Assembly: GCF_902713615.1 (NCBI RefSeq)
Contig: NC_052156.1
Span: 21,603,287 to 21,667,286 of the forward strand
Reading direction: 5' to 3'
DNA: 64,000 nt
From: Scyliorhinus canicula
Taxonomy: Eukaryota
Made by a program: the position numbers and the translations under genes. Of the stretch, positions 58,047-64,000 are shown piece after piece. Within the stretch, counting starts at the first letter, position 1. Each line of letters opens with the position of its first letter. The notes beneath the pieces were generated by a model. The model saw nothing but the letters and a program-made list of their open reading frames with translations. It was not told the origin of the DNA and did no database searches.

Positions 58047-60652
58047 AGATGGTGGCATACCTGTCACTGTGGGGTATTGAGGAGGATACCTGCTCCCAGT
58101 TGCTGTCAAGGTGATGGTCACCCTGAAGCTTTATGCCTTGTGGTCTTTCCAGGATCAAGCAGGGACCTGTCTGGGATCTCGCAAGCATCTGCACACAGAT
58201 GCATCCATGCTGTGGCAGTACCCTATGTGCGCGGGCAGCGGACTATATAAACTTCAGTCTGCACTAGGCACACCACGATGCCCGGGCAGCAAGATTTTCT
58301 GCCATCCCTGGCATGCCCCAACTCCAGGGGGTGATCGATGGCACTGGCTCGTCAGGGAATGCCCGTCATCAATCGGAGGGAGTTATACTCCCTCTGAATG
58401 GCACAGCCATCGTTTTCCGGTGCCTTCGAGGCTCTTCCTCGGATGAGGGGTTGGCTCTTGAGCAACAAGGGTTACCTGCTGAGTTCTTGGCGAATGACGC
58501 CGGCCCAGAGGCCCCAGACGGACACTGTTTCCTGTTATAATGACGCTCATGCAGCAACCAGGAGCACCATTGAGCGGTGCATTGGTGCTCTCAAAATGCA
58601 CTTCCGATACCTGGACCGCTTCGGTGGGGTGCTCCAATATAGCCCCAGGAGGGTCTCTGACATTGTGTTGGCCTGATGTGTCCTGCACAAATCGCAACAG
58701 AGGAGGGACATGTTAGAGGAGGAGAAAGAATGGCAGGCCTCATCTGACGAGGATAACTCCCCCCCCCCCCCCCCCCCCCCCTTCCCCATCCGCTTCCAAG
58801 TGTTGCCCCCTTCACATAGCTGCTCACATCCTCCCTGTCCCTCCTCCCTTTACTGCATCCCACTACCCCAGCTCCCCCTGCCCACTCTGAGGGTTCTACC
58901 AGCATCACTACAGGGTGTTGGCCCTGGGCAGGCAGTATCCACAGGACAGAGGATGATGAAGACTCGCTGTGAGATGAGCTCTGGTGGTCCTCATTGTTTG
59001 ACAAAGTCTGACTCCTGCCTTCAGGATCACATTCCACGGTCCGCTCGGGTGATCCATGCATGTGCACTGGTCATTCCATCTCACGGGGCCCAGCCATGAC
59101 CCTTTGTGACTGGGCCAAGCTCTGTAGCACGGCAGCAATGTCCATGTGGGCCAGGTACATGGCTGCCTGTGACTGGGCTTCCCTGTCTGGAGCCTCAGCT
59201 ATCGACCACACAGTGTACCCCAAGCCTTGGATGCATGACCCATTGCTGTGACTTTTTGACTCAACACTCCCACCGCAGAAGGCACCCATTCAGTGTTGGC
59301 CTGGGTACTACGCATTGTCGGCACAATCTCCTGAAGGCATTTGGACACCTCCAGCTGCACCTGCAGTGGCTGGAATGTTGCTGACTCCCCTCCTATAGAT
59401 CCTGGCTCTGTGTCTGTACCTCCACCAGTGACAGAATCAGGCGTTCCATATAGGCGACAGCTGTCTGGACTGCTGCTGCTTCCTGAGATCGGGTAGCCCT
59501 CCGACTGTGCACTCCCTTGGCTGTCCCTAGCTCCACCTGATGTCCTGCAGCATAAGAAGGTGACCCAAGAGCCTCTTCACTAAAATGACCTACCGTGGTG
59601 ATAGTAGCTCGTAGTTGGGATGGTGGAGGATTCAGGTGACAGCAGTGGCGAGAAGTCGATGTCTTCCTCGGACTGGTACTCGGGGGAGGGGGGATGCTGG
59701 GGGGTGGTGCTGGGGGTGAGGTACCCCAAACAGGCCGGCCTGTTCCTGCAAAACAAAAGACAAGACAAATGAGACCTTGGGAAGGGGTGGTCTGCGGGAG
59801 AGGGGTGACTCACTTGCTGTTGGGGCATCACTCTGCATTGACAGATGCTGACCTCGGGCTCGGAGATAGCCCTCTCCTGCACCTCCCTGGCTAACTCCTT
59901 CGCCCTCTGCTCCGTGGCGGTTAGAACCCTGAGGTGTGGGACACCCCCTCCGGTCTTCTCCTTCTCTCCTGTCTTTTCCTGGGGGACCCATAAAGGAGAT
60001 GGTGAGATGCATTGAGGTGAGTTACCCAGAGGGGCGAGGGGGTGGTCTCTAGCTGGTGGCATGTGTGTGCAAAGCACCTTGCCAAAGAAGACTATACAGG
60101 TTGGGGTTTGGTGCAGGTTGTGCTGTGAGGGAGAGGCAGGCAGGTGTATGTGCTGATTGGCTTCTACAGGAGTGAGGAGCGAGGGACAGGAGTGATGTCG
60201 GGGAACCGTGGTGGCTCACCTGAGCTGCCCTGAGGAGGTCATTCGTCTTTTTTTTGTCTCTGCTTGCCGGCCTGCCTGGTGAGGCTGGCAGTAATGATCG
60301 CCTTGGCTAGCTCCACCCGGGCTTGGTTGATGATGGTGGGCTGGAGCCTCCTGGCTGGATCCTCCTGTCCACCCTGGGGAACCCTGTTCCGCTGCTTCTA
60401 GCATCCTAAACAGATCAGTCTCAGTAAAACAGGGGGTGGCCTCTCGTCTGAGCCATCTTCTTGGTTGGACTGAGAGTGTGTGTTGAATCCGACGCCTGTG
60501 GGAATGAGAATTGCTCTAGATTGATTTGGGCAGAGTGCTGGCCCATTGGCAAGTTCTGAATTTCTCCATAAATAGTGCCTCAAGGAGAATGCAAACTGCA
60601 CGTAATTCAGTACCGGCGTCAACACTTGGTCTCGCAATGGAGAATTTCGCCC
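58047..60652. mobile_element. Degenerate PIF/Harbinger transposon in a TADA3 intron (transposase +, Myb/SANT -)
   Basis: LQGVIDGT and YNDAHAATRSTIERCIGALKMHFRYLDRFGGVLQYSP transposase motifs; EKTGGGVPHLRVLTATEQRA Myb-partner remnant; terminal GGAGAATTTCGCCC. Confidence 0.85.
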
Positions 60653-60904
60653 AATGTCTAAATTATTTAGCCCGGTGATGCCCACATGGAAGAATAATTT
60701 TTAAAATGTTTTTGAAATGCTCACTCTGAACCTTTAACCAGCTCAGAGAAGCACACCCAATTTCACCACTGTGAAAGCTCTAGCTCCTACACACGTGTTC
60801 TCTGATTGAGGGAACTCAGTTGGGAGTGTATTTGAACCCAAGTCATGAATGCCAGTTGATACATTTTCATTTTCTTTCAAGAGCCTTTAAACTGTTAATT
60901 TCAG

Positions 60905-61155
60905 ATCCTCACTGACTGGCAGGATAAAAAGGGAGATAAGAGGCTGTTAAAATTTGGGAAGGAGCAAGAACACGGAGCACCACAGAAACACGGAAAACCT
61001 AAGAAGCAGAAAATCGATGGGAAAGGCAGTCATGGAACTGGACCGGGCCCTGGACGCCCCAAATCGAAAAACCTGCAGCCCAAAATACAGGAATATGAAT
61101 TTACAGATGATCCCTTAGATGTTCCCAGAATTCCAAAGAATGATGCCCCTAACAG
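60905..61155 (+). CDS. TADA3: TADA3 coding exon 2 (ILTDWQDKKGDKRLLK...PRIPKNDAPN-R)
   Basis: Manual translation; tttcAG acceptor, AG|GTAGG donor, 251 nt. Confidence 0.96.
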
Positions 61156-61952
61156 GTAGGATCGCATTATACTCGTAGCACATGTTCCCTCTGTATCTTT
61201 GTCAGATTGGGACTGCAGGTTAGAAATGGTTTGACTCATTCTGATTTGGAAAATGTCGCAGGAGGAAAAACTGCTATATCTACACTCCATCAAGCTGTTT
61301 ACTGTTTATACAATCTCTCTCTCTCTCTCTCTGCCCAAATTATTTCATCTCCTGAGGGCGGTTAGCAAGCACAAGGAGTAATTGCAAGAAGTGAAAGTCT
61401 GAAATTGCTTCCGACCCCTCCAAGGTGTTGGTATTGATGGCCCGAGCATTGCATTTTATATTACAATCTAGTTGCTCAGATGTGGCCAGCAAGAGGAGAA
61501 TATGTGCTTGTACTCTGAACCCTTGTCTCCCTTAAGGCAATAGTGAAATCCTGCAACCATCTTTTCAGCTAAATGACTTGTGTCAACATTATTCAGGTCG
61601 TAACCATTATGAGATGTGGATTCTGTGCTCTTATCCTGTTTTACTTTCACGGAAATTAATTCAATTCCACGAGCCGTTGCTCACAATTTTCCTGCAGTCG
61701 TTCTTTTCACTGTTCTTTGGTGCCTTTAATCAGATGAACATGTAGTAGATAAATGGACGAGTGACACAACTCCACATGCCAGTTCAATTTGACTTTAGCA
61801 GTGATTGAAACAGAAGTTAAAATTATCCCTGTTTAGGATCTAAAGACCTTGAGATGCTGCGTGCCCATTTTTGAGTAACCTTTCTGACAACAGCTTCACA
61901 ATTACTGGATGACAGCAGTAAGTTATAAGTAATTTAGCCTCTTCCGCTGCAG

Positions 61953-62058
61953 GTTTTGGGCATCGGTAGAACCATACTGTGCCGACATCACCAACGAGGA
62001 GATCCGTGTGCTTGAGGACCTACTGAAACCCCCCGAAGATGAGGCAGAGTATTACAAG
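61953..62058 (+). CDS. TADA3: TADA3 coding exon 3 (FWASVEPYCADITNEEIRVLEDLLKPPEDEAEYYK)
   Basis: Manual translation; ctgcAG acceptor, AAG|GTGAAT donor, 106 nt; contains the Ada3 FW..VEPY motif. Confidence 0.96.
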
Positions 62059-63569
62059 GTGAATGATCAATGTAAATCAAGCAAAGAGGGTCTTTGGGCA
62101 AAAGAAGTATTGAAAGAGGCTTTTGACGAGATACATTTTGAGGGAAGGATGAGGAAGATTTATATATATGTGGTATGGGGGTAGACGTGTTTGTGAGGCA
62201 TAGCTATTATTGGGACGAGAGGGCAGCATGTTGGCGCAGTGGTTAGCACTGGGACTGCAGTGCTGAGGACCCGGGTTTGAATCCTGGCCCTGGGTCACTG
62301 TACGTGTTGAGTTTGGATCTTCTCCCCGTGTCTGCGTGGGTTTCGCCCCCACAACCCAAAAGGTGTGCTGGTTAGGTGGATTGGCCACGCTAAATTGCCC
62401 CTTAATTGGAAAAAAATAATAATTGGGTACTATAAATTTAAAAAATAAATAAAAATTATTGGGCAGAGGATCAGCAGCATTGTTAAGCACTCCAGAGTAG
62501 GAGTGTAGGCGGTCCAGATGTAAGGGGCCATTTGTAACTGGGTGGCAATCAAATTCACACTGTTGGTTTAAAAATGATTATAAATCGTTATTATTAATCT
62601 CCCTTTTACTTGCTTTTTTCTTTCTTCTTTCATTTTTGGTTGCTGATGATGGAACCAGCTCAACAAAAGGGAACTGGATTCAGCATCTATTAATGATCTG
62701 GTTATCCTCCGTTTCCACCCACTTCAAATGATGTCCCCAAAAACCAACCCCCCAAATTTTAAATAAGCATCAAAACAAAATAAAAGGGTGTGTCTCGCCT
62801 TTTGCCGCCATTTCCACCTGATGAAGGCAGGCTGGAATCCTGGTGACAGGCCCTGTTGAAAGCTAAAAGGTGAGGTAGAGCATGGAATAAGAAGTGCCCC
62901 ACCATTGTCGATTATAATTCTTCTTGAATCATATTTGGCAAGGGAGGAGAGAAAATGAGGCAACCGAGTAGTTATTAGAGAAGTAGTCAGAGTGAAACAG
63001 CATAGCTGAACACAAAACACATTGTAAGAGGTGTGAGGGCAGCACGGTAGCACAGTGGTTAGCACTGTTGCTTCACAGCGCTAGGGTCCCAGGTTCGAAT
63101 CCTGGCTTGGGTCACTGTGCAGTGTCTGAACGTTCTCCCCGTGTCTGCGTGGATTTGTCTGCATGGATTTCCTTCGGGTGCTCCGGTTTCCTCCCACAAG
63201 TCATGAAGGATGTGCTGTTTGGTAATTTGGACATTCTGAATTCTCCCCCCGTGTACCCGAACAGGCGCCGGAGTGTGGTGACTAGAGGCTTTTCACGGTA
63301 ACTTGATTGCAGTGTTAATGTAAGCCAAAATAAAGATTATTACTATTGAAGATTATTATTATTATCTTGAATGACAGAGCTATACAATAATCCATAGAAT
63401 CCCTACCTTGCAGAACCAGGCCATTTGGCCCATTAAGTCTGCCTGGGTCCACTCCCCCGCCCTGTCCCCATAACCCTGTGCATTGATCATGGCCAATCCA
63501 GCTAACCTGCACATTCGAGAACTTTTGTTTGTATCTCAATCATTTTTCATTGAATTCCTTTCTACACAG

Positions 63570-63711
63570 ATCCCTCCTCTCGGGAAGCATTATTCCCAGC
63601 GTTGGGCACAGGAGGATCTCCTTGAGGAACAGAAGGAAGGTGCCCGTGCTGCGGCTGCTGCAGAGAAGAAGAAAGGAATGCTGGGAGCTTTAACTGAACT
63701 TGACTCAAAAG
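63570..63711 (+). CDS. TADA3: TADA3 coding exon 4 (IPPLGKHYSQRWAQEDLLEEQKEG...ELDSK); gene continues beyond the window
   Basis: Within ORF 63483..63719; acacAG acceptor, G|GTGAAT donor, 142 nt. Confidence 0.95.
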
Positions 63712-64000
63712 GTGAATGAAGGGCTCTCCATTCAAATAAAATAACAGGATTGCATTTTGGACCTTTAATAGTAGCATGCTTCTCCAGTCCCTCTCCTTTC
63801 TCTGTTTATTGAATTCCTTGCTGGGAATTCATTTCATGTTTTGTTTTTAAATGGTCTCCTGGAAAATGACCTTGTCGGGCCTACCAACTCACCAAACTCT
63901 GCTTGATACATCTGACTGCGTCTGGCTGACTGCCACGAACTGAGCAGGGATTGACATAATTCCCAACCCAATTACTGGCAACCGGCGTCGCCCTTCAAAT

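Noticed and set aside
3062-63100. tRNA-like sequences with A and B boxes
   Set aside because: They are SINE heads that continue into core and tail, with no complete cloverleaf evident.
8348-63301. Recurring short ORFs such as ASQLQGPRFDSRLGHCLCGVCTSSPCVRGFPPGAP
   Set aside because: These are translations of SINE copies, not a gene family.
1-64000. CRISPR arrays, prokaryotic operons or defence systems, rRNA genes
   Set aside because: The sequence is intron-containing vertebrate DNA; no regularly spaced repeats or such genes were seen, and the RT ORFs are LINE-type.

Overview
This is vertebrate genomic DNA, very likely from a cartilaginous fish (shark). That assignment is inferred from the density of HE1/V-type tRNA-derived SINEs together with CR1, L2, L1/Tx1, Penelope, Harbinger and hAT elements. 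Two conserved genes sit head-to-head on a bidirectional CpG promoter at about 52.3-53.3 kb. ARPC4 is on the minus strand, complete, with six coding exons and 167 aa. TADA3 is on the plus strand, with its first four coding exons in the window. A second, orphan CpG-island promoter and first exon (RFX X-box, CRE, YY1, strong donor) lies at about 15.8 kb on the minus strand; human synteny suggests TTLL3, but no TTLL3 coding sequence is recognisable. Most of the remainder is nested transposon sequence. Highlights: (1) an intact CR1 LINE (24225-28321, 6-bp TSD) whose AUG-less ORF2 overlaps the esterase ORF1 in the -1 frame at a correctly phased U_UUA_AAC slippery heptamer, suggesting programmed -1 frameshifting; (2) an intact minimal hammerhead ribozyme in sense orientation in ARPC4 intron 5; (3) inverted CR1 copies bracketing ARPC4 exons 2-4, predicting a 324-nt stop-free circRNA; (4) a hAT derivative carrying two long back-to-back hairpins; (5) one SINE head/core with four alternative tails whose TSD lengths differ by tail. 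There are no CRISPR arrays, rRNA or true tRNA genes, and one 135-N assembly gap. Element names and human comparisons are from memory, not database searches, and boundaries of old repeats are approximate.
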